64,000 nucleotides of DNA from Betaproteobacteria bacterium (GTDB taxonomy: Bacteria > Pseudomonadota > Gammaproteobacteria > Burkholderiales > Methylophilaceae), in contig VGHQ01000004.1 in the NCBI GenBank assembly GCA_016868195.1, forward strand, positions 17,273 to 81,272, written 5' to 3'. A program made the position numbers and the translations under genes. Shown here in pieces: positions 19,011-29,452 of this stretch (its first letter is position 1; every line of letters starts with the position of its first letter). Under the pieces are notes generated by a model. It searched no databases, was not told where the DNA came from, and saw nothing but the letters and a program-made list of their open reading frames with translations.

Positions 19011-19039
19011 CTTGAAATATTCAAGACTGTCCCAATTAT
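19011..19039 (+). promoter_or_regulatory. sigma32-type heat-shock promoter upstream of dnaK
   Basis: CTTGAAA (19011-19017), a 13-nt spacer, then CCCAATTAT (19031-19039). The spacing is the same as in the grpE promoter. Confidence 0.55.
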
Positions 19040-19077
19040 AAACACATCAAATTAAATAGATTTTTTAAGGAAAAAAA

Positions 19078-21009
19078 ATGGCTAAAATTATTGGTATTGA
19101 CTTAGGAACAACAAACTCCTGTGTGGCTATTATGGAGGGTGGAAAGCCCAAGGTGATTGAAAACGCAGAAGGCGCTCGAACAACACCTTCGATTATTGCT
19201 TATCAAGATGATGGTGAGATTCTTGTGGGCGCATCAGCTAAAAGACAAGCAGTTACTAATCCAAAAAATACATTATTTGCTGTAAAGCGATTAATTGGAC
19301 GTCGTTTTGAAGAAAAAGAAGTGCAAAAAGATATTGGCTTAATGCCCTATGAAATTTCTAAGGCTGACAATGGCGACGCCTGGGTAAAAGTTCGCGATCA
19401 AAAAATGGCGCCTCCTCAAATTTCAGCAGAAGTTTTAAGAAAGATGAAAAAAACTGCTGAAGATTACCTTGGTGAAGAAGTTACAGAAGCAGTCATTACT
19501 GTTCCTGCTTATTTTAATGACAGTCAACGTCAAGCTACCAAAGATGCAGGTCGAATTGCAGGGCTTGAGGTTAAACGTATCATCAATGAACCTACTGCAG
19601 CTGCGCTTGCTTTTGGCCTAGACAAACAAGAGGGAGACCGAAAGATTGCTGTATACGATCTAGGTGGCGGAACATTCGACGTATCTATTATAGAAATCTC
19701 AACTGTTGATGGTGAGCATCAATTTGAAGTGTTATCTACGAATGGAGATACTTTTTTAGGTGGAGAAGACTTTGATAATCGCCTTATTGACTTCTTGGCT
19801 GATGAATTTAAAAAAGAAAATGGTCTTGATTTAAGAAATGACTTACTTGCAAAGCAACGTTTAAAAGAGGCAGCTGAAAAAGCAAAGATTGAGCTGTCAA
19901 GCAGCCAGCAAACAGAGGTGAATTTACCTTATATTACAGCAGACGCAAGTGGGCCAAAGCACCTTGTCGTAAAAATTACACGTGCAAAGTTTGAGTCTCT
20001 TGTGGATGATTTGATTGAAAGAACTATCGAGCCTTGTAAAGTTGCAATGAAAGATGCTGGTGTTTCTGCAAGCGATATATCTGACATCATTCTTGTTGGG
20101 GGTCAGAGTCGTATGCCAAAGGTACAAGAAAAAGTAAAAGATATCTTCGGTAAAGAGCCGAGAAAAGATGTTAATCCCGATGAAGCAGTTGCTGTAGGTG
20201 CAGCTATTCAAGGTGGCGTGCTTCAAGGTGATGTTAAAGATGTTTTACTTCTTGATGTGACGCCATTAAGTTTAGGTATTGAAACACTCGGAAGTGTTAT
20301 GACTAAACTTATTAAGAAAAATACAACAATACCTACTAAGGCATCACAGGTATTCTCAACAGCTGAAGATAATCAAAATGCTGTAACAATACATGTACTT
20401 CAAGGAGAGCGTGAGGTAGCTTCAGGCAATAAGAGTTTAGGTCAATTTAATTTAACTGATATACCTCCAGCACCAAGAGGTACTCCTCAGATTGAAGTAA
20501 CTTTTGATATTGATGCTAATGGTATCTTGCACGTATCTGCTAAAGATAAAGCTACTGGTAAAGAAAATAAAATTACCATTAAAGCAAGTAGTGGACTCAG
20601 TGAAGAAGAAATTAAAAAAATGGAAGAAGATGCTGTTAAATATGCAGACGAAGATCGTAAAATTCGAGAGCTTGTCGATGTTAAAAATTCTGCTGACGGT
20701 ATGATTCATTCAGTGAAAAAATCTATTACGGATCATGGTGACAAATTAGATCCAGCTGAAAAAGAGAAAATTGAAGCTGCTATAAAATCTTTAGAAGAAT
20801 CATTAAAATCTGACAATAAAGATGAAATTGAGACTAAAACAAAAGAGCTAATGGAAGCATCTCAAAAATTAGGCGAGAAAATATATGCTGAGCAACAAGC
20901 ACAACAACCTAATGCTGGAGCCGCGCCTCAGCAAGAGGAAAAAACGGTTGACGCTGAAGTAGTGGATGCAGAATTTGAAGAAGTTAAGCAAGACAAAAAA
21001 GATAAATAA
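19078..21009 (+). CDS. dnaK: molecular chaperone DnaK (Hsp70)
   Basis: 643 aa with [20 protein letters not shown] and the remaining Hsp70 signatures. Confidence 0.98.
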   Translation: MAKIIGIDLGTTNSCVAIMEGGKPKVIENAEGARTTPSIIAYQDDGEILVGASAKRQAVTNPKNTLFAVKRLIGRRFEEKEVQKDIGLMPYEISKADNGDAWVKVRDQKMAPPQISAEVLRKMKKTAEDYLGEEVTEAVITVPAYFNDSQRQATKDAGRIAGLEVKRIINEPTAAALAFGLDKQEGDRKIAVYDLGGGTFDVSIIEISTVDGEHQFEVLSTNGDTFLGGEDFDNRLIDFLADEFKKENGLDLRNDLLAKQRLKEAAEKAKIELSSSQQTEVNLPYITADASGPKHLVVKITRAKFESLVDDLIERTIEPCKVAMKDAGVSASDISDIILVGGQSRMPKVQEKVKDIFGKEPRKDVNPDEAVAVGAAIQGGVLQGDVKDVLLLDVTPLSLGIETLGSVMTKLIKKNTTIPTKASQVFSTAEDNQNAVTIHVLQGEREVASGNKSLGQFNLTDIPPAPRGTPQIEVTFDIDANGILHVSAKDKATGKENKITIKASSGLSEEEIKKMEEDAVKYADEDRKIRELVDVKNSADGMIHSVKKSITDHGDKLDPAEKEKIEAAIKSLEESLKSDNKDEIETKTKELMEASQKLGEKIYAEQQAQQPNAGAAPQQEEKTVDAEVVDAEFEEVKQDKKDK

Positions 21010-21021
21010 CTTTTAATCATT

Positions 21022-21059
21022 AAAACAACATCAGCTTTTCTGGTGTTGTTTTGTTTTTT
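21022..21059 (+). terminator. intercistronic hairpin plus T-run between dnaK and dnaJ (partial terminator/attenuator)
   Basis: AAAACAACATCAG-cuuuu-CTGGTGTTGTTTT forms 13 bp including one G-U pair, followed by GTTTTTTG. Confidence 0.6.
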
Positions 21060-21070
21060 GAAAAAATATC

Positions 21071-22192
21071 ATGGCGACAAAAAAAGATTATTACGAGACT
21101 CTTGGTGTATCCCGTGATGCTTCAGATGATGAAATTAAAAAAGCTTATCGTAAACTTGCGATGAAATTTCATCCTGATCGTAACCCTGACAATCCAAAAG
21201 CTGAAGAAAATTTTAAAGAAGCTAAAGAGGCTTATGAAATACTTTCGGATTCACAAAAGAGAGCTAGTTATGATCAATATGGTCATGCAGGAGTAGATCC
21301 AAGTATGGGCGCTCATGGGTCTGGTGGATTTTCAGACTTTAATGAAGCTTTTGGTGACATTTTTGGTGACATTTTTGGTGGGGGTCGTGGAGGCCAAAAA
21401 TCAAATGTCTATCGAGGAGCTGATCTTCGCTATAACATGGAAATTAGCCTTGAAGATGCTGCAAAAGGTACTGAAACTAAAATTCGCATCCCTGTTATGA
21501 CATCGTGTGAGCCATGTAAGGGAACTGGGGCTAAACCTGGTACCCAGCCAGTCACTTGTGATACCTGCCATGGGCATGGCCAAGTAAGAATGCAGCAAGG
21601 ATTTTTTTCTGTACAACAAACATGTCCTAAATGTCATGGTACTGGAAAAATTATCAAGGAACCATGCTCAACATGCCATGGAGCTGGTCGTGTTAAACAA
21701 AATAAAACTCTTTCCGTTAAGATCCCTACAGGCGTTGATGAAGGTGATCGTATTCGCTTATCGGGCGAAGGCGAGTCAGGTATTAACGGTGGGCCTCCTG
21801 GAGATCTCTATGTTGTAGTTCATTTAAAGAAACATGATATTTTCGAACGTGATGGCGGTAATCTGCATTGTGAAATGCCTATTAGCTTTACTACTGCTGC
21901 TCTTGGCGGCGAAATAGAGGTGCCTACTTTGGATGGGCATGCAAAAATGAAAATACCTGCAGAAACTCAAACAGGGGCTGTATTTAGATTGAAAGGTAAA
22001 GGTATTAAACCTTTAAGACAAAATTCACCTGGCGATTTACACTGTCATGTTTCTATAGAAACGCCAGTAAAACTCACGGACAGGCAAAAAGAATTATTAA
22101 AAGAGCTTGAAGAGATTAATCAATTAGATCGTGGCAAGCACAGCCCAAAATCAAAAGGCTGGCTTGATAAAATGAAAGACTTGTTTGATTGA
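21071..22192 (+). CDS. dnaJ: molecular chaperone DnaJ (Hsp40)
   Basis: 373 aa with a J-domain HPD motif (KFHPDRNP), a G/F region, and four CxxCxGxG zinc-finger repeats. Confidence 0.97.
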   Translation: MATKKDYYETLGVSRDASDDEIKKAYRKLAMKFHPDRNPDNPKAEENFKEAKEAYEILSDSQKRASYDQYGHAGVDPSMGAHGSGGFSDFNEAFGDIFGDIFGGGRGGQKSNVYRGADLRYNMEISLEDAAKGTETKIRIPVMTSCEPCKGTGAKPGTQPVTCDTCHGHGQVRMQQGFFSVQQTCPKCHGTGKIIKEPCSTCHGAGRVKQNKTLSVKIPTGVDEGDRIRLSGEGESGINGGPPGDLYVVVHLKKHDIFERDGGNLHCEMPISFTTAALGGEIEVPTLDGHAKMKIPAETQTGAVFRLKGKGIKPLRQNSPGDLHCHVSIETPVKLTDRQKELLKELEEINQLDRGKHSPKSKGWLDKMKDLFD

Positions 22193-22582
22193 TTAAAAAG
22201 TTCCAGCTTCGATTAATTCAATCTTATAACCATCTGGATCTTCAATAAAAGCAATAACTGTTGAACCATGTTGCATAGGGCCAGCTTCTCGAATCACTTT
22301 TCCACCCTTTGTTTTTATTAATTCACAGGCCTTGTAAGCATCTTCAACTTCTATTGCAATATGCCCAAAAGCATTACCTTTGTCGTAAGCTATCACACCC
22401 CAATTATATGTAAGCTCAATGACTGCATGATTTTTCTCATCACCAAATCCCACAAAAGCCAATGTAAATTTTCCATCGGGATATTCGTGTCGCCTTAAAA
22501 GCTTCATACCTAAAATATTTGTATAGAAATTAAGTGATTTTTCTAGATCAGTAACACGAATCATGGTGTGAAGTACCCGCAT
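22193..22582 (-). CDS. gloA: lactoylglutathione lyase (glyoxalase I)
   Basis: 129 aa with VOC-fold glyoxalase I motifs ([35 protein letters not shown]). Confidence 0.9.
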   Translation of the reverse strand: MRVLHTMIRVTDLEKSLNFYTNILGMKLLRRHEYPDGKFTLAFVGFGDEKNHAVIELTYNWGVIAYDKGNAFGHIAIEVEDAYKACELIKTKGGKVIREAGPMQHGSTVIAFIEDPDGYKIELIEAGTF

Positions 22583-22584
22583 AA

Positions 22585-23322
<738 letters not shown>

Positions 23323-23336
<14 letters not shown>

Positions 23337-23898
23337 TATTTTTTAATGTCACAAGATGATAAAAAACATTACCTGCTTTTCTTTTTTTTAAAACATTAAA
23401 TTCATTGTGTTCTGTTAAAACAGATTCTGATTCGAAGTATATTAGCCCATCCTTAGTTAAATGGTTAGCTAATTGAGGAAATAATTTATCTTCCCAGCCC
23501 TCATTAAATGGAGGATCACAGAAAATAATATCGAATTTAGCATCGCTGTTCTTTAGAAATAAAAGTGCGTCCATAAAATGAAGTTGCGCTTTTTCTGCCT
23601 GAAGAAGCTTTTTATTTTTCTGAATCATTTTAAAAACTTGGGGAGATTTTTCAACCATCACTACATTTGAAGCACCTCTTGAAAGAGATTCAAAACCAAT
23701 AATGCCTGAACCCGAGAAAAGATCTAAACAAATCTTCCCGGTTAGATCCTGGTCCAACCAATTAAATAAAGTTTCCCTAACTCTACTTGGAGTGGGCCTT
23801 AATCCTGGGGCATCAACAAAAGAGACATTTTTTCTTTTCCATTGCCCACCAATAATTTTGACTTGATTTTTGACAGTCTTCAAAAGACTACTCTGCAC
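23323..23898 (-). CDS. rsmD: 16S rRNA (guanine966-N2)-methyltransferase
   Basis: 191 aa with the RsmD family DPPF motif (IIFCDPPF) and SAM-binding LDLFSGSG. It overlaps coaD by 14 nt. Confidence 0.88.
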
Positions 23899-25192
23899 CT
23901 ACAATAATAGTCGTTAGTTTACTAGGATTAATTTTATTTTTAAATGCCGTTTTTATTTCATCAATAGTTACTTTATTAATTTCACTTATATAACTGTCAA
24001 TATATGAAATTGGTAACTTATAAAAAGCAATCATGCTTAGGTAATCAACAATTTTTGCATTGCTATCAAGCTTTAGAGGGAATCCACCCACTAAATTTTG
24101 TTTAGCGGCAACAAGTTCTTTTTCAGTTGGGCCTTCATTAATAAATTTTTTAATTGTTGAATTCACAATATTAAGCGCTTCATCAGCTTGCTCCTTTTTG
24201 GTTTGCAAGCCAATCTCAAGAGGGCCCTCAACATACAGCGGCATAAAATAACTGTAAACACTATAAACTAATCCTTTTTTCTCTCTAACCTCTTCAGTAA
24301 GCCTAGAAACAAAACCGCCTCCGCCTAGAATATAATTTCCTACATACAAAGGAAAATAATCTTTTTCACTACGTTTCATGGCTGGCATACCCATTAATAT
24401 ATGAGCCTGTTTTGCAGGGTGCTGTATTTTTTTAATTCCTGCATAATTTTGATCTGTCACGGAAGCAATATTGTTTTTAGCATTTCCTTGAGGCAATCCC
24501 TGACTAATAGACTCACTTATTTTTTTTGCTTCATCAGCGTTCACATCGCCCACAATAACGATTGAAGCTTCAGAGGATAAATAATGATTTTTATAGAATT
24601 GTTTTAAATCAGTTTGATTCAACTTTTGTAAACTATTTATATCTCCAGCCTCATCATGGGCGTAAGGATGGTCTCCGTATAAAGATTTCATAAATGCCAA
24701 ATTTGCAATTGTTTCTGGCTGCGTCATAGATTGTTTGATACTTGCAATAATTCTATCTCTTTCCCTATTTAATACTGGAATAGGAAAATCAGGCGCATGA
24801 ATTACGTTTTTAAATAGTGAAAGCGCTTTATCTTTCTGCACAGAGGAACTTAAAGTTCTTAATTTAAAGTGCGCTCGGTCGAGATCTATTGCTCCTCCAA
24901 TTGCTGCACCAATATCTGAAAATTGATTGGCTAATTTTTCTTCATTTATCCCCCCAGCCCCTAAATTCATAAGATGATGAGTTAAATTTGCAAGGCCTTC
25001 TTTCCCATTTGGATCTTGAGCGCTACCTGCGAAGAAATTTACATTGATATCAAGTATAGGAAGATCGTGATTCTCAACAAAAATAACTCTGGCTCCTTCG
25101 TTTGTTTCCCATGAATTAATATTTAACGCAGCATAACTATTTTGTTGAAAACAAACAAATAAGCAAATAAGTTGAATAATTTTAATGAACAT
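23888..25192 (-). CDS. M16-family (pitrilysin-like) peptidase subunit lacking the HxxEH zinc motif (probable non-catalytic partner)
   Basis: 434 aa with a signal peptide and M16 fold. The zinc-motif position reads LTHHLMNLG, which is degenerate. It overlaps both the upstream M16 gene and rsmD by 11 nt each. Confidence 0.8.
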   Translation of the reverse strand: MFIKIIQLICLFVCFQQNSYAALNINSWETNEGARVIFVENHDLPILDINVNFFAGSAQDPNGKEGLANLTHHLMNLGAGGINEEKLANQFSDIGAAIGGAIDLDRAHFKLRTLSSSVQKDKALSLFKNVIHAPDFPIPVLNRERDRIIASIKQSMTQPETIANLAFMKSLYGDHPYAHDEAGDINSLQKLNQTDLKQFYKNHYLSSEASIVIVGDVNADEAKKISESISQGLPQGNAKNNIASVTDQNYAGIKKIQHPAKQAHILMGMPAMKRSEKDYFPLYVGNYILGGGGFVSRLTEEVREKKGLVYSVYSYFMPLYVEGPLEIGLQTKKEQADEALNIVNSTIKKFINEGPTEKELVAAKQNLVGGFPLKLDSNAKIVDYLSMIAFYKLPISYIDSYISEINKVTIDEIKTAFKNKINPSKLTTIIVGAE

Positions 25193-26546
25193 GTGGGCGT
25201 CCCTTAGGGCTTAAATTTTCATTCATTGGCTGAGGATCAAGAATAACTACTGATAAATTATCTCGAGTTAAATATTTTTTAGCGACGTTTTTAATTTGTT
25301 CAGAAGTTACACTATTAATTTTATCGATATATCCATCGCTTAAATGGAAGGAATAATCCATTGTTTCCAGCTGTCCGATTTCCATTGCCATTCCAAACAT
25401 AGAATCTTTTTGATATACATCACTTGCAATAACGGTTGCCTTCACTCTATCTAATTCTTCTTGAGTAACACCATCTTTTTTAATTTTTTCAATTTCCTGA
25501 AGTAATGCATTTTCTAACTCATTAATCTTTTTAAAATCATTTGGAGTACCTTCCAATTCAAAGATACTTATTCTTCCTCGAGATAGCGAATCATAACCAG
25601 CGCTTACATTGACAGCCAAATGCTGATTTCTTACAAGATTTTGGTTAAGTCTTGAGGAGCTATTACCAGCGAAGATATTAGATAAAACTTCTAACGCATA
25701 TGGCTCCCAGGAATTTTCATCATTTCCATTACGACTATTAATAGTTGGCACAGGATAGCCCAACAAAAGGTAAGATAATTCACTTGGCGCTTTAACTATA
25801 GATCTTCTTTCGCCAATTTGTTTAGGTTCAATTTGGGGCTTTCTTTCCGGTAATTTTTTTGCAGGAATTTTTTCAAAATATTTTTTTGCAAGATTAATCA
25901 CATCGTTAGCGTAAATATCTCCAACCACTACTAAAATCGCATTATTAGGAGCGTACCAAGTTTTATACCACTCTTTGGCATCTTCGACTGTCATATTTTC
26001 CAGATCATTCATCCAACCAACCACAGGTCTGCTATAGGGATGGGATTTAAAAATAGTAGTCCCAAATTGCTCTTTAACTTGAGACGTTGGCTTATCTTCA
26101 GTCCTCCATCGTCGTTCTTCCATTACCACCTTAATTTCTTTATCAAATTCGTCTTTTGATAAATTAAGGTTTTGCATCCGATCAGCTTCGAGTTTAAATG
26201 AAAGTTCAAGATTTGATTTTTCAAGTTGCTGGAAGTAACAAGTGTAGTCTGCTCCGGTAAATGCATTCTCTTTACCACCTGCTTTGGCAATAAGCCTAGA
26301 AAACTCTCCTGCTTTAATTTTTTTGGTTCCTTTGAACATCATGTGTTCAAGAACGTGGGCTACACCAGTTTTTCCATTCACTTCGTCAAGGCTGCCTGCA
26401 CGATACCAAACTTGAGAAACAACCACAGGAGAGCGGTGATCTTCTCTTACAATAATTTTTAATCCGTTAGAAAGCTTAAATTCTGCAGTTTGTGCTAAAA
26501 GTAAACTTGGAAACAACAATAAAATAAGTAAAATATTTTTTAACAA
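25182..26546 (-). CDS. M16-family zinc peptidase, catalytic subunit (HxxEH present)
   Basis: 454 aa with a TTG start, signal peptide LLLFPSLLLAQTA, and inverted zinc motif HVLEHMMFKG plus a downstream E. Confidence 0.85.
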   Translation of the reverse strand: MLKNILLILLLFPSLLLAQTAEFKLSNGLKIIVREDHRSPVVVSQVWYRAGSLDEVNGKTGVAHVLEHMMFKGTKKIKAGEFSRLIAKAGGKENAFTGADYTCYFQQLEKSNLELSFKLEADRMQNLNLSKDEFDKEIKVVMEERRWRTEDKPTSQVKEQFGTTIFKSHPYSRPVVGWMNDLENMTVEDAKEWYKTWYAPNNAILVVVGDIYANDVINLAKKYFEKIPAKKLPERKPQIEPKQIGERRSIVKAPSELSYLLLGYPVPTINSRNGNDENSWEPYALEVLSNIFAGNSSSRLNQNLVRNQHLAVNVSAGYDSLSRGRISIFELEGTPNDFKKINELENALLQEIEKIKKDGVTQEELDRVKATVIASDVYQKDSMFGMAMEIGQLETMDYSFHLSDGYIDKINSVTSEQIKNVAKKYLTRDNLSVVILDPQPMNENLSPKGRPHVH

Positions 26547-26639
26547 CGCGGCTCATCCTTAAGTGATTTAGCTATTATAATGAATATCAACTTTTCGTAG
26601 ACTTTTCTTTATCTTATTAAGTTCTTAAAATTTTAAAAA

Positions 26640-27806
26640 ATGTTTGAATTCCTGAAAAAAATTATAAAGAAAGACAGCCCAGAAAAGAAATCTGCGGAAA
26701 AAAAAGAAGTCGCCAAAAAACCACAAAAAAAAGATCCTTCAGCACCAAAACAAAAAGTTTCTAAAACCCCACGAATTTCTGAAAAAAAAGTGGCATTAAA
26801 GCCGAAACAACATTTCGAGCGAGCTCCCAAAGTTGTTGGAAAAAAATCAATTGCAACTTCTGAAGAAAAAATAGTATCCAAAGAAGAAAAGAAAAGTGGT
26901 TTCTTTGGTTTTGCTGACAAAATAAAAAAAGGTCTTACTAGAACTAGAGAAAAGTTAACCGCCGAACTTACTACATTATTTACTGGCAAAAAAATCGATG
27001 AGGCTCTCTTTGAAGAGTTAGAAACAATATTACTTACTTCCGATGTGGGCATTTCTGCTACTACTTATCTCTTAGATAGCATTAGAGCTTCTATAAAAAA
27101 GAATAATATAGAAAATGCAGATGAGATTAAGGGTTTACTTAAAGAAAAATTATTAGAATTATTGGCTCCTATCGAAAACCCTTTGATACTAAAAGAAACA
27201 AATCCATATGTCATTATGGTTGTAGGAGTTAATGGTGCAGGCAAAACAACTACTATTGGAAAGCTTACAAAAATTTTCCTTGATGAAGATAAATCTGTAT
27301 TAATTGCTGCAGGCGATACTTATAGGGCAGCCGCTACAGAACAACTGCAGGTATGGGGTCAAAGAAATAATGTTCATGTTGTTTCTCAAGCTTCGGGTGA
27401 TCCAGGTGCTGTTATTTTTGACGCTATAAACTCTGCAAAAGCAAAAAATATTGATATCGTGATTGCGGACACAGCCGGTAGATTGCCTTCACAAAAACAT
27501 TTAATTGATGAAATTACAAAAGTTAAACGTGTGATTAACAAATGTCACGCTGAAGCACCTCATGAAATTCTACTTGTGTTAGATGCAAATACTGGGCAAA
27601 ACGCCATCAGCCAGCTTAAGATATTTAACGAGGCTCTTGGTATTACCGGCCTTGCCTTGACTAAGCTTGATGGAACCGCTAAAGGTGGGGTTATTGCAGC
27701 GATTGCTAAAGAACAACCGATCCCATTAAGATATATTGGTGTTGGTGAATCTATAGATGATCTAAAAGTTTTTAATGCGCAAGAATATGTAGATGCGCTT
27801 TTTTAA
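26640..27806 (+). CDS. ftsY: signal recognition particle receptor FtsY
   Basis: 388 aa with an NG domain (GVNGAGKTTT, DTAGR, TKLDG). The N-terminal roughly 100 aa are Lys-rich. Confidence 0.95.
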   Translation: MFEFLKKIIKKDSPEKKSAEKKEVAKKPQKKDPSAPKQKVSKTPRISEKKVALKPKQHFERAPKVVGKKSIATSEEKIVSKEEKKSGFFGFADKIKKGLTRTREKLTAELTTLFTGKKIDEALFEELETILLTSDVGISATTYLLDSIRASIKKNNIENADEIKGLLKEKLLELLAPIENPLILKETNPYVIMVVGVNGAGKTTTIGKLTKIFLDEDKSVLIAAGDTYRAAATEQLQVWGQRNNVHVVSQASGDPGAVIFDAINSAKAKNIDIVIADTAGRLPSQKHLIDEITKVKRVINKCHAEAPHEILLVLDANTGQNAISQLKIFNEALGITGLALTKLDGTAKGGVIAAIAKEQPIPLRYIGVGESIDDLKVFNAQEYVDALF

Positions 27807-27821
27807 AATCGGTTTTAATTA

Positions 27822-28484
27822 ATGATTAAATTTGATCAAGTCTATAAAAGATACCCCGGAAATTTAGAGGCATTACAAAATATTACTTTTGAAATTAATG
27901 CCGGTGAACTTATTTTTGTAACAGGCCCTTCAGGCGCAGGAAAATCAACATTATTAAAATTAATTACAGCGATTGAACCTCCCACACACGGGACAATTAT
28001 TTTTGAAAATCAAAATTTAAGTCAAATAAAAAGTGCTGCTATCCCATATATAAGAAGGAAATTTGGGTTAGTTTTTCAAGATCATAAACTTTTATATGAT
28101 CGCAATTGTTATGAAAATATTGCACTTGCTTTGGAGATTAATGAGGTGAGTATAAATGATGTGAGAGGTCGTGTTCGAGCAGCTCTTGATAAAGTGGGCT
28201 TACTTAATCGGGAAAAATCAATGCCTATTAGCTTGTCAGGTGGGGAACAACAGCGTCTGGCAATTGCAAGAGCCATTGCTTGTAGGCCCTCCATTTTACT
28301 TGCGGATGAGCCCACAGGAAATTTAGACAAGAAATATGCAGATGAAATTATGAATCTTTTTTACAGCTTCCAAGAACTGGGGGTGACTGTGATTATCGCA
28401 ACACATGAAATACCAACTACTTCGAAAAAATATAAGCAACTTTATTTGCAAGAAGGCAATCTTATAAAAATTACAGACCATTAG
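27822..28484 (+). CDS. ftsE: cell division ATP-binding protein FtsE
   Basis: 220 aa with Walker A GPSGAGKST, signature LSGGEQQR and Walker B LLADEPTGNLD. Confidence 0.95.
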   Translation: MIKFDQVYKRYPGNLEALQNITFEINAGELIFVTGPSGAGKSTLLKLITAIEPPTHGTIIFENQNLSQIKSAAIPYIRRKFGLVFQDHKLLYDRNCYENIALALEINEVSINDVRGRVRAALDKVGLLNREKSMPISLSGGEQQRLAIARAIACRPSILLADEPTGNLDKKYADEIMNLFYSFQELGVTVIIATHEIPTTSKKYKQLYLQEGNLIKITDH

Positions 28485-29381
28485 ATGAATTACTTCGTTT
28501 CTCATTATCAAATACTACTAAAAGCGCTTCAGCGCAGTCACGCATCAATGGTTTCTACTCTTATGATGTTCTTGGTTATAGGTGTTACATTGATTTTGCC
28601 GAGCATATCTTTCCTGGTAGTACAAAATTTAAAATCGATTTCACAAACTATCCAGCATGAATCTCAAATTACTATTTTTCTTAAAAAAGATATTTCAGTG
28701 GATGCGAAAAATAAAATCGAAAAAGATTTAAAAAGTCGTATTGAAATTAGTAATTATCACTATGTTAAAAAAGAAGAGGCTTGGTCTAAACTTCAAAAAT
28801 CAATGGGCTTTAATGAATCAAATAATGGGCTTTCGGAAAATCCACTCCCTGATGCTTTTTTTATTTCACCCAACATCGTCAATTCAAACCAAATTGAGAT
28901 TTTAAAATCATCTCTGGATAGACTTGAGGGAGTAGACCAAGTGGTTGATGATACGGGATGGGTTAAAAAATTAAACTCTATGCTCCATTTAGCAAATAAA
29001 GCTATTTTTTTAGCTTCAATTTTATTAGCTTTTATGCTCACAGTGGTTATTGGCAATACTATTCGTCTTCAGATGACTTCGCACTTCAAAGAAATTGAAT
29101 TGAGTAAATTAATTGGTGCTACCAATCAATTCATAAGAAGGCCTTTTTTATACAGCGGGTTTATTTATGGTTTAGGAGGTGGATTAACTGCTGCTCTTAG
29201 TCTCAAATTGATTGTGATATGCTTAAATCAAACAGTCGTTGAAGTTGAGGCCATCTATGGGGCTCAATTCACTATTGTTGATTTAACTCCTCAACAGTAT
29301 TTATCTATTGTTGGTAGCTCAATTCTGATTGCTATTTTGGCATCTTTTATCTCGATTAATCAATCTATTAAAAAACTATAG
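28485..29381 (+). CDS. ftsX: cell division permease-like protein FtsX
   Basis: 298 aa with one TM segment, a periplasmic domain, three C-terminal TM segments, and position immediately after ftsE. Confidence 0.9.
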   Translation: MNYFVSHYQILLKALQRSHASMVSTLMMFLVIGVTLILPSISFLVVQNLKSISQTIQHESQITIFLKKDISVDAKNKIEKDLKSRIEISNYHYVKKEEAWSKLQKSMGFNESNNGLSENPLPDAFFISPNIVNSNQIEILKSSLDRLEGVDQVVDDTGWVKKLNSMLHLANKAIFLASILLAFMLTVVIGNTIRLQMTSHFKEIELSKLIGATNQFIRRPFLYSGFIYGLGGGLTAALSLKLIVICLNQTVVEVEAIYGAQFTIVDLTPQQYLSIVGSSILIAILASFISINQSIKKL

Positions 29382-29386
29382 TCTAC

Positions 29387-29412
29387 TTAACCTATTGTAT
29401 TTATTAGGTTAA
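29387..29412 (+). terminator. weak AT-rich hairpin after ftsX
   Basis: TTAACCTA-(10 nt)-TAGGTTAA is a perfect 8-bp stem followed by TTTAAAATTT. Low GC makes termination efficiency doubtful. Confidence 0.3.
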
Positions 29413-29424
29413 TTTAAAATTTAA

Positions 29425-29452
29425 GGAACTTTATAGAACTAGCACTCTCAAA
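29425..29452 (+). promoter_or_regulatory. sigmaE (RpoE/AlgU)-type promoter upstream of rpoH
   Basis: GGAACTT (29425-29431), a 16-nt spacer, then TCAAA (29448-29452). This matches the GGAACTT-N16-TCAAA consensus exactly. Confidence 0.55.

Noticed and set aside
19924-20709. Several 60-100 aa ORFs on both strands inside dnaK, with similar ones inside carA, edd, dnaJ, ftsE, ubiB, lnt, glyQ, glyS and elsewhere
   Set aside because: All are fully nested in strongly supported conserved genes. Their translations look like random AT-rich frames.
21353-21376. Tandem 12-nt duplication GGTGACATTTTT x2
   Set aside because: It simply encodes GDIFGDIF in the DnaJ Gly/Phe-rich linker and is not a repeat element.
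26633-27052. 139-aa minus-strand ORF opposite the 5' end of ftsY
   Set aside because: It is a shadow ORF. The Lys-rich (AAA/AAG) FtsY N-terminus reads as a Phe/Leu/Ser-rich open frame on the other strand. It has no start context and overlaps a confidently assigned gene.
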